Below, piece by piece: positions 1 through 9,822 of a stretch of 64,000 nt of DNA. Position numbers and translations under genes: made by a program. Under the pieces are notes generated by a model. It ran no database searches. It was not told the DNA's origin and saw only the letters and a list, made by a program, of their open reading frames with translations. Source of the stretch: Candidatus Omnitrophota bacterium (lineage in GTDB: Bacteria > Omnitrophota > Omnitrophia > Omnitrophales > JACROU01); the NCBI GenBank assembly GCA_029261035.1, contig JAJDCD010000025.1, forward strand, positions 194,926-258,925. Reading direction: 5' to 3'. The number at the start of each line of letters is the position of its first letter. Position 1 is the stretch's first letter.

Positions 1-806
1 CATCATCATCCAACCGCTTAAATTGTGTATGTGGACGCACTTGAACTAAAACAAACAAATTACCTCTTGGACCGCCCCGTTCCCCCGCTTCACCTTCTCC
101 AGATATCTTAAGCCTAGAACCCGATTCCATTCCAGGTGGGATTTTCACTTGAATCTTTCGTGTTTTTTCAGTTCTGCCATTTCCTCGGCACTGCTTACAA
201 GGGTTTGAAATAATCTCTCCTGCACCTTGGCAACGACGGCAAGTTTGAGCAATACTAAAAAAACCTTGAGTCATTCTAACTTGACCGGCCCCTCTACAAT
301 CAGAACATGTCTCCGCTTTAGAACCCGGTTCTGCTCCGCTACCCGTACAAGCATCACAAGTTTCTAATCGAGGTATATTCAAAGTTACTTTCTTCCCATG
401 AAGAACTTCAGTCAATTCTATTTCTAAACTATATTGTAAATCAGAACCTCTAGCGACTCGAGACCCCCCGCCCCTTGCAGAGCCTCCGAAGAAATCTTCA
501 AATAAATCACCAAAAATGTCCCCAAAATCTCTGAAAGAGTCCTGAAAACCTTCAAACCCTGAAAATCCTTGCCCACCCATAGAGTGCCCAAATTGATCAT
601 ACTGAGCTCTTTTACTCGAGTCACTCAGCACAGCATAGGCCTCTGCCGCTTCTTTAAAATTATTTTCCGCTTGTTGATCTCCTGGGTTTCTGTCAGGATG
701 ATATTTTAAAGCTAGCTTTCTATAAGCCTTCTTAATCTCACCTTCAGACGACTCCTTAGTAACTCCTAAAACTTGATAGTAATCTCTCTTTTGTGTATTT
801 GCCATT
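1..806 (-). CDS. dnaJ: Molecular chaperone DnaJ. The N-terminus lies at 806; the C-terminus runs off the window edge.
   Basis: Minus-strand translation from ATG at 804-806 gives [41 protein letters not shown], a J-domain with the HPD motif. This is followed by a Gly/Phe-rich linker and four CxxCxGxG zinc-finger repeats ([32 protein letters not shown]). No stop codon is reached before position 1. Confidence 0.9.
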
Positions 807-809
807 ATC

Positions 810-1388
810 TTATTCCTTTATGTCAACGTCGTTTTGTTCTGGTTTTTTTGATACAACCACTTTCGAAGGCCTTAACAGTTTTCCTTGAAATAAATAGCCC
901 CCCTCAATCTCCTCTAGAATAGTTCCATCTTCTTTTTCAAGATTCTCCAGAGCAGTTAACGCTTCATGAAAGTGAGGATCAAAAGGCTTTTCTAAAACTT
1001 CTAACCTTTCCAAGCCGTGTGCCTTTAAAATATCACACATATGTTTTTTAATTATTTGAACTCCTTCTAAAATTGACTCCTTTGAATCACTGTGTGTTTT
1101 AGCATGAACCAAAGCTCTATCTAAATGATCCAACACAGGAAGAAACTCTTGAATCAATCGTTCATTAGCAAACTTAAGAAATTCAGATTTTTCTTTTTCA
1201 AATCTTTTCTTTACATTTGCATACTCTGCCGCAGTCCGAAGCATCCCATCTTTTAAAGCTTCAAGCTCCTCTATCTTTTTAATCAACTCTTGGTATTCCG
1301 CTTCAGATATTTTTCTTTCTACATTTTCAAGTTTTTCTTTTCGCTTCTTTTCTGATTTTTCACTCTTTTTTTTGGCTTCCTCGCTCAT
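810..1388 (-). CDS. grpE: Nucleotide exchange factor GrpE
   Basis: The 192-aa ORF has a charged, coiled-coil N-terminus and a C-terminal GrpE domain ([18 protein letters not shown] ... [27 protein letters not shown]). It sits between hrcA and dnaJ. Confidence 0.9.
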   Translation of the reverse strand: MSEEAKKKSEKSEKKRKEKLENVERKISEAEYQELIKKIEELEALKDGMLRTAAEYANVKKRFEKEKSEFLKFANERLIQEFLPVLDHLDRALVHAKTHSDSKESILEGVQIIKKHMCDILKAHGLERLEVLEKPFDPHFHEALTALENLEKEDGTILEEIEGGYLFQGKLLRPSKVVVSKKPEQNDVDIKE

Positions 1389-1400
1389 AAACTACCTCCC

Positions 1401-2432
1401 TTAAAATGTCTGTTTTAACAAGCTTTGCATTTCATCAGACATATATTCCACAACTGAAATAATATTTCCGTAATCCATTCGTTTTGGACCTAAAACACCC
1501 AAAAAACCAACCGACTGATCTTTAAGCTTATAACTTGATGTAATGAGAGAACAATCTAAAATAGAATTCAACTGAGTCTCATGACCAATCTGAACTTTCA
1601 AACCTTGTTCTGTTGTAATGTCTCTATCAAATAATTGCAGCAATGAAATTTTATCCTCAAAAAAATCGATGATTGTTCTCGTTTTATTCAAATCATCAAA
1701 TTCCGGATTACTTAAAACATTGGCTGAACCTTCTAATGAAAATTTAAGCTCCTGCAACACAACCATACTTTCTTGAACAATTCTACAAGCCACATCCGAT
1801 AATCGATATAAAGAATCTTTCCTAGATCCCAATTGACTCAATAGTTCTATCTCTAAATTAGAAAATAAGACTCCCTTCAATTCTTGATTTATAAAATTAC
1901 AAATAGTTTTTAATTCTTCTGCTTCTAGAGATTCTTCTATTTCAAGAAACCCTTGCCATACCATACCACTAGCAGAAACCCAAACCACCAGCATACGCAC
2001 ATCATCTATTGGAACCAAATTAACCGACTTAAAATACTGCGACTCTAGTTTAGGATAAAATACCAAACTCGCTTGATTCGTTAAACTAGACAAGATTTTA
2101 GAAGAATTCTGAATAACATCATCAATACTCTGAGCCTTCACACGAAACGAATCCATGACTTGTCCCGCCATATCTTGTGAGACCCGCCCTCTTCTCATTA
2201 AATGATCTACAAAGTAACGGTAGCCTAAATCCGTTGGCAACCTTCCTGCAGACGTATGAGGATGTGTAATATACCCTTTATCTTCTAGAACACCCAGTTC
2301 GTTCCTAATGGTCGCAGGAGAAACTCCCAAACTAGAACTTTGAGCAATCATTTGAGAACTGACTGGAATCACAGAATGAATGTACTCTGTCACAACCAAA
2401 GATAAAATGTTCTTTTGTCTATCTGTTAGCAT
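1401..2432 (-). CDS. hrcA: Heat-inducible transcription repressor HrcA
   Basis: The ORF-track start at 2456 adds eight residues. The conserved HrcA N-terminus MLTDRQKNILSLVVTEYI starts at the ATG at 2430-2432 and is preceded by a GGAG ribosome-binding site. A CIRCE operator lies 28 nt upstream. Confidence 0.9.
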   Translation of the reverse strand: MLTDRQKNILSLVVTEYIHSVIPVSSQMIAQSSSLGVSPATIRNELGVLEDKGYITHPHTSAGRLPTDLGYRYFVDHLMRRGRVSQDMAGQVMDSFRVKAQSIDDVIQNSSKILSSLTNQASLVFYPKLESQYFKSVNLVPIDDVRMLVVWVSASGMVWQGFLEIEESLEAEELKTICNFINQELKGVLFSNLEIELLSQLGSRKDSLYRLSDVACRIVQESMVVLQELKFSLEGSANVLSNPEFDDLNKTRTIIDFFEDKISLLQLFDRDITTEQGLKVQIGHETQLNSILDCSLITSSYKLKDQSVGFLGVLGPKRMDYGNIISVVEYMSDEMQSLLKQTF

Positions 2433-2459
2433 CCACAATCTCCAAAAAAGGGGCATATT

Positions 2460-2486
2460 CTAGCACTCTTTAACTTTGAGTGCTAA
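2460..2486. promoter_or_regulatory. CIRCE operator (HrcA binding site) upstream of hrcA-grpE-dnaJ
   Basis: The sequence cTAGCACTC-tttaacttt-GAGTGCTAA is a 9-bp inverted repeat with a 9-bp spacer. It matches the CIRCE consensus TTAGCACTC-N9-GAGTGCTAA at 17 of 18 positions and lies 28 nt upstream of the hrcA start codon. Confidence 0.85.
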
Positions 2487-2561
2487 TAAAAAGTATTTAG
2501 AAATTAGCTTTTTCTATGGGAAATAGATAGATTAACACCCTAACCTCAGACAGGCTAAGGG

Positions 2562-3980
2562 CTACACAACAGAAGGGAATATATTCTGGAAGTCTGCTTT
2601 TTTTCTTCTAATTTGCTCTAATTGCTGTGTATCCACAAATACTTTCTCGCTCGAAAATGGAAGTTCAATTTCTATTCCAGAAAAATCTTTAAATGAGTAC
2701 GCCCTTAAAACCTTACCTATCAAACGTAATATAGTATCAACATAATAGTTTACATCCTCAGGGTTTTGAGTTCCCACAACTTGAGGAAGTACGTCTGGCA
2801 CAAGACCCTCTTCTAAAGCTGTCTTAAAAGAAAAATAACCTACTTGATCTAAAGCTTCTATAGATTGATCTGTTTTTTCCTCCGGAAGATTATAAACAAT
2901 CTCAGGCTTCACCTTTCCCAAGGTATTCTCAATACGCTCATCCGAAAACATTAAATTTCCGGCACGTCGAGACAATTGTTTTGCCAAAAATCCAGGAAAA
3001 GTTACTTCTTCTAATTCATACTTCGTAGCCCAGTTTTCAAAATTTTCATAAAGCTTTAATTCTTGAGGAAATTTAATCTTCTGCAAATTCCCATCAGGTC
3101 CCTTAAAATCAAAAGGAATCACACGACTTATTTGATATTGATTTCCCTGCTGCACCAACACAAATAAAAACTCAGTTTCATATTCTGACGGAATTAGAAA
3201 CTCATGCTCACTGTACTCTTCTTTAGGTTTAAATTCTTCTTTTAACTTCACATAAACCAAAGCCTGATTTTGTTTAAAAGCAATAGAACGTATATCAACA
3301 ATTTCAGGACCCTCACTTTTTTTAAACTGAGACTCAAGTAAATAAGAATAAAAAAATGGGGAAATCATATTTAAATTTGTTCCAGAAATAAAATATTTAT
3401 CCAAAAGTTCAACAACCTGCAACTGATTCATATCTTTAAATAAGTGCTGAACAGGTCTATTCCATATAACAGCTCGATTAATCTTAAGATCATGAGAAAC
3501 ACGTTCTCTGTATTCACTTCTAGGAATATCCCAAAAACGAACTCTCTTAACATCATCCACATAGCCCAAGAGAACAAGTTCTATTCCCGTCACTTCTGTA
3601 TCAATGGCTTTAAGTAAATAAAAATCAAGATGAGAATCGGTACTCAACATCACTCTGGAAGTTGAAAAAAGAACATCCTCCACCTTTTCCATCGCTTCAG
3701 GAGAAAATTGCAATAAATTTTCTATGTTTTTCACTTTTCCTGTAGCTAAAACATGTTCGAAGTCACTATGAAACAATTGATTCAAAGGAAGAAAAACTCC
3801 TACAGTCTTTCCCTTAATAATCACCTCAACATCTTTAATATCATATTCTTTTAGGCAAATTTCTTTTATTGATTTTTTTACTTTTTCTTCAGGGTAAGTA
3901 GGTCCATCACAAGCAGAAAAAATAAGAGGTAGTAAAACAAGAAAACACGTTGTATATAAAAAAGTTCGGATATAAACCAT
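2562..3980 (-). CDS. Hypothetical lipoprotein (about 472 aa mature) with no recognisable catalytic motifs
   Basis: The long ORF is 2562..4052. The likely start is MVYIRTFLYTTCFLVLLPLIFSAC (ATG at 3978-3980), which gives a signal peptide with an FSAC lipobox. It is co-directional with, and immediately downstream of, the FtsH-like gene. Confidence 0.55.
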   Translation of the reverse strand: MVYIRTFLYTTCFLVLLPLIFSACDGPTYPEEKVKKSIKEICLKEYDIKDVEVIIKGKTVGVFLPLNQLFHSDFEHVLATGKVKNIENLLQFSPEAMEKVEDVLFSTSRVMLSTDSHLDFYLLKAIDTEVTGIELVLLGYVDDVKRVRFWDIPRSEYRERVSHDLKINRAVIWNRPVQHLFKDMNQLQVVELLDKYFISGTNLNMISPFFYSYLLESQFKKSEGPEIVDIRSIAFKQNQALVYVKLKEEFKPKEEYSEHEFLIPSEYETEFLFVLVQQGNQYQISRVIPFDFKGPDGNLQKIKFPQELKLYENFENWATKYELEEVTFPGFLAKQLSRRAGNLMFSDERIENTLGKVKPEIVYNLPEEKTDQSIEALDQVGYFSFKTALEEGLVPDVLPQVVGTQNPEDVNYYVDTILRLIGKVLRAYSFKDFSGIEIELPFSSEKVFVDTQQLEQIRRKKADFQNIFPSVV

Positions 3981-4065
3981 AAGTGCCTTAATTTCATTTA
4001 AAACAAAAAAGCCGTTTCTCCCTATAGATAGAGAAAAACGGCTTTTAAACAATGATTAAAAAAAT

Positions 4066-5739
4066 CTAATTGTCTGAAGCATCTTCTCCAGAAAATGAAT
4101 CTTTCTTCTCTTTACCCGCAGCAAATTCTCTCGGATTTGATTTGCCATATTCATTGAAAATTGCTTCAATTTCATCAAAGTCTAATTCTTGACGACTCAA
4201 AAGCTCTTTAGCGAATCGTTCAAAAAGGTCATTTTCTTTCTTCAATAACTCTTCAACCTCTTTGATACATTCTTGAATAATTCTATTTGACGCTTCATTC
4301 AACTTCAGTTTAAAATCATTCGACAATTGAGCTTCAGGAATTGAGGTGAAATCTCCATACAAACCATCCCCACCCATTCCAAGTCGCCACACCATATTAT
4401 GGGCAATCGCAGTTGCTTGTTTAAAATCACTAGATACCCCTGTCGTTGTCGTTTGAAATTTTAATTTTTCAGCAACATACCCACCCAGAGCCACTTTAAT
4501 ATTAGCAAGTAAAGTATGACTGTCATGACTGAAAAGTTCTTCCCTAGGAGTATGATGAACTACACCTAATGAAGATTTTCTGGGAATAATGGATGCTTTA
4601 AAAACATCGTCCGTAGGGTGAAGTAAATAAGTGGTTATCAAATGACCTGTTTCATGATAAGCCGTCATTGTCTTCTCTCTATCCGTCATCTTAATCTTTT
4701 GTTTAACACCTAATTCAACACGTTCAATTGCTTCGGAAATATCTTTAGCAGAAACAACATCTTTATGGTTTCTTGTTGCAATCAAAGCAGATTCCTTAAC
4801 AAGCATTTCGATGTCAGCAGGGCTTTTTCCCACAGCTTTACGAGCCAAGCGAGAAACATCAATGGACGCATCATGTTTCACTTTACCTAAATAATAACGA
4901 AACAATTTTTCACGTCCGTCTAAACTCGGCTTTGTGATATAAACCTTACGATCAAACCTTCCAGGTCTCAATAACGCTTCGTCCATAGAATCTTCAGGAG
5001 CATTCGTAGCTCCAATCACAATAACATCTTCCAATTTAGAACCAAGACCATCCATTTCTACCAGTAATTGGTTCTGTGTATTATTAGATTCTTGTCCACC
5101 GAATTGATTAAAAGTTCTTTTATGTCCCATTGCATCTAACTCGTCAATAAATACAATGCAACCACCAAAACCATAAGCAAGAGTACGCGCTCTCTTAAAT
5201 AGCTGACGTATTCGCGAAGAACCCACACCCACGAAAACTTCGTTAAATTCACTTGCTGCCATAGAAAGAAAAGGAAGGCCCGCTTCTGTAGCAATTGCTT
5301 TGGCTAAATAGGTTTTTCCACACCCAGGAGGTCCTAACATCAAAATACCTCTTAAGATTTTTCCCCCAATTTTTTTAAGGCGTGCATGATCCTTAATTAA
5401 TTGAACCACTTCCCATGCTTCTTCTTTAGCTTCATCAATTCCAACAACATCAGAAAAACGCACGCTCACATCTTTCCCTTTAATTTCTTTTTTATCTGTC
5501 TTTGTCATTCCTCCACGGAGAACGACTTGATACATAAATACGAAAACAGCAGCATGGACCATACCCAAAAGTAACGATAGTGGCATTTGTGCTAATGTAA
5601 TGTTTCTATAAAAACTCTCCAGAGAATACATACCCCAAATAGATAGGCCAATCAGAACCAAAATTCCTGCAGAAATTAAAATTTTAACTTTATGATTCAT
5701 CCAATACATTTTTGCTCTTCTTAAGTATCTTTTTTCCAT
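4066..5739 (-). CDS. FtsH-family ATP-dependent zinc metalloprotease paralog (AAA+ ATPase plus M41 peptidase) with a minimal periplasmic loop
   Basis: There are two N-terminal transmembrane helices separated by only about 20 residues. The protein has Walker A GPPGCGKT, Walker B IVFIDELDA, the second region of homology, and a zinc-binding HETGH (HExxH) motif. The start is preceded by AAGGAGA. At 557 aa it is shorter than canonical FtsH. Confidence 0.8.
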   Translation of the reverse strand: MEKRYLRRAKMYWMNHKVKILISAGILVLIGLSIWGMYSLESFYRNITLAQMPLSLLLGMVHAAVFVFMYQVVLRGGMTKTDKKEIKGKDVSVRFSDVVGIDEAKEEAWEVVQLIKDHARLKKIGGKILRGILMLGPPGCGKTYLAKAIATEAGLPFLSMAASEFNEVFVGVGSSRIRQLFKRARTLAYGFGGCIVFIDELDAMGHKRTFNQFGGQESNNTQNQLLVEMDGLGSKLEDVIVIGATNAPEDSMDEALLRPGRFDRKVYITKPSLDGREKLFRYYLGKVKHDASIDVSRLARKAVGKSPADIEMLVKESALIATRNHKDVVSAKDISEAIERVELGVKQKIKMTDREKTMTAYHETGHLITTYLLHPTDDVFKASIIPRKSSLGVVHHTPREELFSHDSHTLLANIKVALGGYVAEKLKFQTTTTGVSSDFKQATAIAHNMVWRLGMGGDGLYGDFTSIPEAQLSNDFKLKLNEASNRIIQECIKEVEELLKKENDLFERFAKELLSRQELDFDEIEAIFNEYGKSNPREFAAGKEKKDSFSGEDASDN

Positions 5740-5882
5740 ACAACTATCTCCTTGTCGAGGATACGACTTATCTCTCTAAAACCCTGTTTAGATCGCTAAT
5801 CTTATAACCTTCTTACGTAAAATTATACGATCTGGATTTCAATTTATCGGCATATTATCTCTTAATCTAAATACAAAAAATA

Positions 5883-6221
5883 CTACCACTCGTCATAGTA
5901 CTCATTCCACTCATCCCACTCAGAGCTTCCATCTTGAGATAAGGGACTATCTGTTTCAGAAAAAAAACTGGAAGTATCCCCTACTTGATACTTAACCATG
6001 ACAGGTTTCTCTTCTTCTTTTTTCACATCTGCATTCTTTTGATTTCCGCGGGCTTTTTCTATCCTTTTATGATAGGTCTGAGAATAAGCCTCCTCAGGAA
6101 GGATAAACCCCAATAGAAGGGCAAAAGAAATTATCAAAGTACTTAAGTAATTGATCTGAAATTTAATATTTAACATATTAATGCTCTTATCAGAATTTGT
6201 ATTAAAATAGTTATATTGCAA
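5883..6221 (-). CDS. Small secreted or membrane protein with an acidic, Trp-rich C-terminus (start uncertain; internal ATG at 6176)
   Basis: It has a hydrophobic segment LSTLIISFALLLGFIL and a C-terminus SSEWDEWNEYYDEW. It lies upstream of and co-directional with the FtsH-like gene. No homology is recognised. Confidence 0.4.
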   Translation of the reverse strand: MQYNYFNTNSDKSINMLNIKFQINYLSTLIISFALLLGFILPEEAYSQTYHKRIEKARGNQKNADVKKEEEKPVMVKYQVGDTSSFFSETDSPLSQDGSSEWDEWNEYYDEW

Positions 6222-6406
6222 CTATCTCTAATTAACTATAGCACAATCTGTTACGAAACTCTAAAGAGTTAATCAATACCAACAAATTAATACATTTAAA
6301 AAAGGTTTTAGGACTTAAAATTAGCATATTCTCTATCTATTGTCAAAACCTTATGTTTTCCTATTAGATGTTTAAAAATGACCTAAAATTCAATTGTTTC
6401 AGTAAA

Positions 6407-9256
6407 TCAGCTCTTAGAAGTCACTTTCATACAAGATTTCTTAAGGTACTGAGCTGTATAAGACTCTGAAACTTTAGACAAGTTTTTTTGGGGCCCTGAA
6501 TACAGAACATCTCCACCTTCGTCACCACCCTCTGGACCAAGATCTATAATAAAATCTGCATTTCTTATAATTTCCATATTATGCTCAATAACTAAAAGAG
6601 AATTCCCATTTTGAAGTAATTCATCAAAAGCTTTAATGAGAAACTGAATATCATGGTAATGAAGTCCTGTCGTTGGCTCATCAAATATGTAAAGAACTTC
6701 AGACTTGCAACAATCACTCATCTCTAATGCAAGCTTCAACCGTTGAGCTTCACCTGCTGACAAAGTCGTTGCTGATTGCCCTAATCTTAAATAACCCAAC
6801 CCAACACTTTTCAGCACTCTCAATTTACGAACTAGTTTGTGTTGTTCTTTAAAAAAATCTAAAGCCTCTTCAACTGTTAAACTCAAAACCTCATGAATAT
6901 TCTTGCTTCTGTACTTAATCTCTAAAATGTGCGTTTGATATCGAGTTCCATTACACTGATCGCATTCCACATAGACATCTGCCATAAAGTGCATTTCAAC
7001 ACATATCTTTCCTTCTCCATGACAGCCTTCACAACGCCCACCTGCAACATTAAAAGAAAAAGCTCCAGGCCCCAAATGACGTCTCTGAGCATCTGGCGTT
7101 TTAGAAAATATTTGTCGTATATGATCAAATGCTTTCAAGTAAGTCACTGGATTTGAGCGAGGAGTTCGCCCAATGGGAGACTGGTCAATCAAAATAATAT
7201 CATTCACAAAATCAAAACCTGTCACTTCTTTACAAGCTCCAACATCTGCAACAGACTTCCCTTTAGCTCTAAGATAGTTTTTGTATAGAACATCATAAAC
7301 CAAAGTGCTTTTTCCTGACCCAGAAACACCCGACACAACACAAAATTGTTTAAGAGGAATCTCGACATCAATGTTTTTTAAATTATGTTCTGAAGCACCT
7401 TTAATATGAATACACCCAGCTTCCTCACCTGGCTTAGAAACATACCCTCTCTCAATCTTCTCTTTTCCATTAAGGTACTTGGCCGTCAAAGAATTAGGAT
7501 CTTTTAATAGTTTTTTCATCTCTCCACTAAATATAACTTCTCCTCCATACGCCCCAGCAAAAGGCCCCATATCGATCACTTTATCTGCCATTCGCATCAT
7601 CGAAGCATCATGTTCAACAACAACAACTGTATTTCCCAAACCTCTCAATTCTTGAAGTAGATTAATCAACAATTCATTATCTCGTTCATGCAACCCAATA
7701 CTAGGTTCGTCTAAAACATAAAGGGTATCCACAAGACTAGAACCTAAAGATTTTGCCAAGTTGATTCTTTGACTTTCTCCACCGGATAAATTTCGAGAAA
7801 GACGCCCTAAAGTTAAATACCCTAACCCAACATCATTTAAGAACTTAATCCTCTTGTTTAACTCCAATAAAATAGGCCCTGTAATTTTCTCTTCATGTTC
7901 CGTCAACTTCAATTTGTGAAAAAACTTTTTCAGATGAACCAAAGGGATCTGACATAATTCATCTACATTTTTTTTATTAATTGTCACATTTAAAACACGT
8001 TCCTTTAACCTACTTCCCTTACATTCAGGGCAAACAAAATATCCTCTATACTTACTTAAAAAAATTCGAACATGCATTTTGTATGTTTTCTTTTTTAAGT
8101 ATTCAAAAAATCCTTCCACACTATAAAAGTCATTTTCCTTATCCCCTTCGTGAAGAATAATATCTTTTTGTTTCTGACTTAATTCTTCAAATGGTTTGTC
8201 CCAAGAAATTTTTTTCTTTTTACAGTATTTTTCTAACTGTTCCGCTTCCCAAGCGGCACTCGGTTTGGTCCAAGGCTCAATAACACCTTCACCTAAAGAC
8301 TTTTTAGGGTTCGGTATAACCAAATTCCAATCAATGTCAATAATCCGGCCAAACCCCTGACAGGTTTCACAAGCTCCTAGCGGGCTATTAAAAGAAAACA
8401 TATTGGGGACGGGTTTTTGAAATTCTTGTGTATAAGGCGAACAATTAAATAACCTAGAATAGGTTTTACACTCCCACCCTAAAAAGTCTTTTTGTTCTGA
8501 TGGAAATTTTTCAGAAATATTTGGAGAGACATAAACTGAAAGAAATTCTTTACCAAAGCGATAAGCTGATTCCAAGGACTCAACAACTCGGACTTTTTTT
8601 GAATCTTCCAATAAAATACGATCTGCAATAATGGATAATTTATCTATACATTCATCTTCTAAAATCGATTTTTCCAAAGGAACGATTTGACTCTTCCATA
8701 ATACACGTGTAAAACCTTGTTGCGACATTTCCGACATAAGTTCATCTGGATATGTTCGAACTTTCTCTGAAAGAGGGACATCGAATACGATTATGGCCCA
8801 ATGGCCTTTGTATTGCTTAAACAAATCCTCCACAACATACTGAGGTTCCTCTTCCTGAACTAGTTGATGCGTTTCTGGGCAATAAGTCTTTCCAATACGA
8901 GAGAAAAGGATTCTTAAATAATCATTCACTTCTGTTTGAGTTCCAACGGTAGAACGAGCATTCGAAATTCGATTTTCTGCTTGAATAGCAATGGCAGGTA
9001 AAATTCCAGAAACAGAATCTAAATCAGGTTTTTCCATACGCTCAAGAAATTGGCGCGCATACGAGGACAAAGACTCAACATACCTTCTTTGTCCTTCCGC
9101 ATATAAAGTATCAAAGGCAAGCGAAGACTTTCCAGAACCACTCACTCCTGTAATAACCACTAATTGATTATGCGGAATGGATATATCCAGATTTTTTAAA
9201 TTATGAGTTTTCACTCCCTTAAGAGAAATCTCACCTTGAGACATGCGTATGACCAC
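6407..9256 (-). CDS. uvrA: Excinuclease ABC subunit A
   Basis: The 949-aa protein has two ABC ATPase modules (GVSGSGKSSLAFDTLYAEGQRRY and VSGVSGSGKSTLV), LSGGE signature motifs, and Cys-rich zinc modules (CETCQGFG; CEGCHGEGK). Confidence 0.95.
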   Translation of the reverse strand: MVIRMSQGEISLKGVKTHNLKNLDISIPHNQLVVITGVSGSGKSSLAFDTLYAEGQRRYVESLSSYARQFLERMEKPDLDSVSGILPAIAIQAENRISNARSTVGTQTEVNDYLRILFSRIGKTYCPETHQLVQEEEPQYVVEDLFKQYKGHWAIIVFDVPLSEKVRTYPDELMSEMSQQGFTRVLWKSQIVPLEKSILEDECIDKLSIIADRILLEDSKKVRVVESLESAYRFGKEFLSVYVSPNISEKFPSEQKDFLGWECKTYSRLFNCSPYTQEFQKPVPNMFSFNSPLGACETCQGFGRIIDIDWNLVIPNPKKSLGEGVIEPWTKPSAAWEAEQLEKYCKKKKISWDKPFEELSQKQKDIILHEGDKENDFYSVEGFFEYLKKKTYKMHVRIFLSKYRGYFVCPECKGSRLKERVLNVTINKKNVDELCQIPLVHLKKFFHKLKLTEHEEKITGPILLELNKRIKFLNDVGLGYLTLGRLSRNLSGGESQRINLAKSLGSSLVDTLYVLDEPSIGLHERDNELLINLLQELRGLGNTVVVVEHDASMMRMADKVIDMGPFAGAYGGEVIFSGEMKKLLKDPNSLTAKYLNGKEKIERGYVSKPGEEAGCIHIKGASEHNLKNIDVEIPLKQFCVVSGVSGSGKSTLVYDVLYKNYLRAKGKSVADVGACKEVTGFDFVNDIILIDQSPIGRTPRSNPVTYLKAFDHIRQIFSKTPDAQRRHLGPGAFSFNVAGGRCEGCHGEGKICVEMHFMADVYVECDQCNGTRYQTHILEIKYRSKNIHEVLSLTVEEALDFFKEQHKLVRKLRVLKSVGLGYLRLGQSATTLSAGEAQRLKLALEMSDCCKSEVLYIFDEPTTGLHYHDIQFLIKAFDELLQNGNSLLVIEHNMEIIRNADFIIDLGPEGGDEGGDVLYSGPQKNLSKVSESYTAQYLKKSCMKVTSKS

Positions 9257-9389
9257 CTATAGACTATGAAAATGGGCTAATAACAAACTTACTATTATAA
9301 GGGAAAAGAAGGTCAGAGAAAATAAGAAAAGTTTAAATAGCGGGGTAATTAGCTAATAATATGTGTTTTGTAGGTATTCTTGGGAAGCA

Positions 9390-9788
9390 TTAAGCCGTCG
9401 AACGGTTCATATTACCTTTGATTTCCTTCATCAAATCAGCAACTCCCACTACAGACTGAGAAGATGGAGTTACTCGAACAGAGGTCTTACTACGAGCCAA
9501 ACGCTCTAACCTAAAGTGAACCATTCGTTGATCTATAGGGGCAAAGATATCAGGGTACTTTTCATTAAACGCGGTAATACGCCCTTCCTTCTTTTCCGTC
9601 TCAAACAACGTCCAATCAGGAGTATTCAAAACTGCGTCCATCACACGTAAATAAGTGTAATCTAGAGCTCTGTCAAAAATAAGTGTCTCATCATGAACAG
9701 GCAAAATAGCTTTTTTAGCAGAAGAACATCCAGAAATAGCTACTGCTGTAAAAAGAACAAGAAATGCTATTGAAAGTATTCTACTCAT
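9390..9788 (-). CDS. Small lipoprotein (132 aa), function unknown
   Basis: It has a signal peptide MSRILSIAFLVLFTAVAISGCSS with an ISGC lipobox. It sits immediately downstream of the giant surface-protein gene, separated by 34 nt. Confidence 0.55.
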   Translation of the reverse strand: MSRILSIAFLVLFTAVAISGCSSAKKAILPVHDETLIFDRALDYTYLRVMDAVLNTPDWTLFETEKKEGRITAFNEKYPDIFAPIDQRMVHFRLERLARSKTSVRVTPSSQSVVGVADLMKEIKGNMNRSTA

Positions 9789-9822
9789 ATGTCATCTACC
9801 TCTTCCTCTAATAAATACGGTG

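Noticed and set aside
6922-7156. Two small ORFs (68 and 75 aa) on both strands inside uvrA
   Set aside because: They are entirely embedded in the highly conserved uvrA reading frame, have no ribosome-binding site, and their composition is typical of out-of-frame translation of an AT-rich gene.
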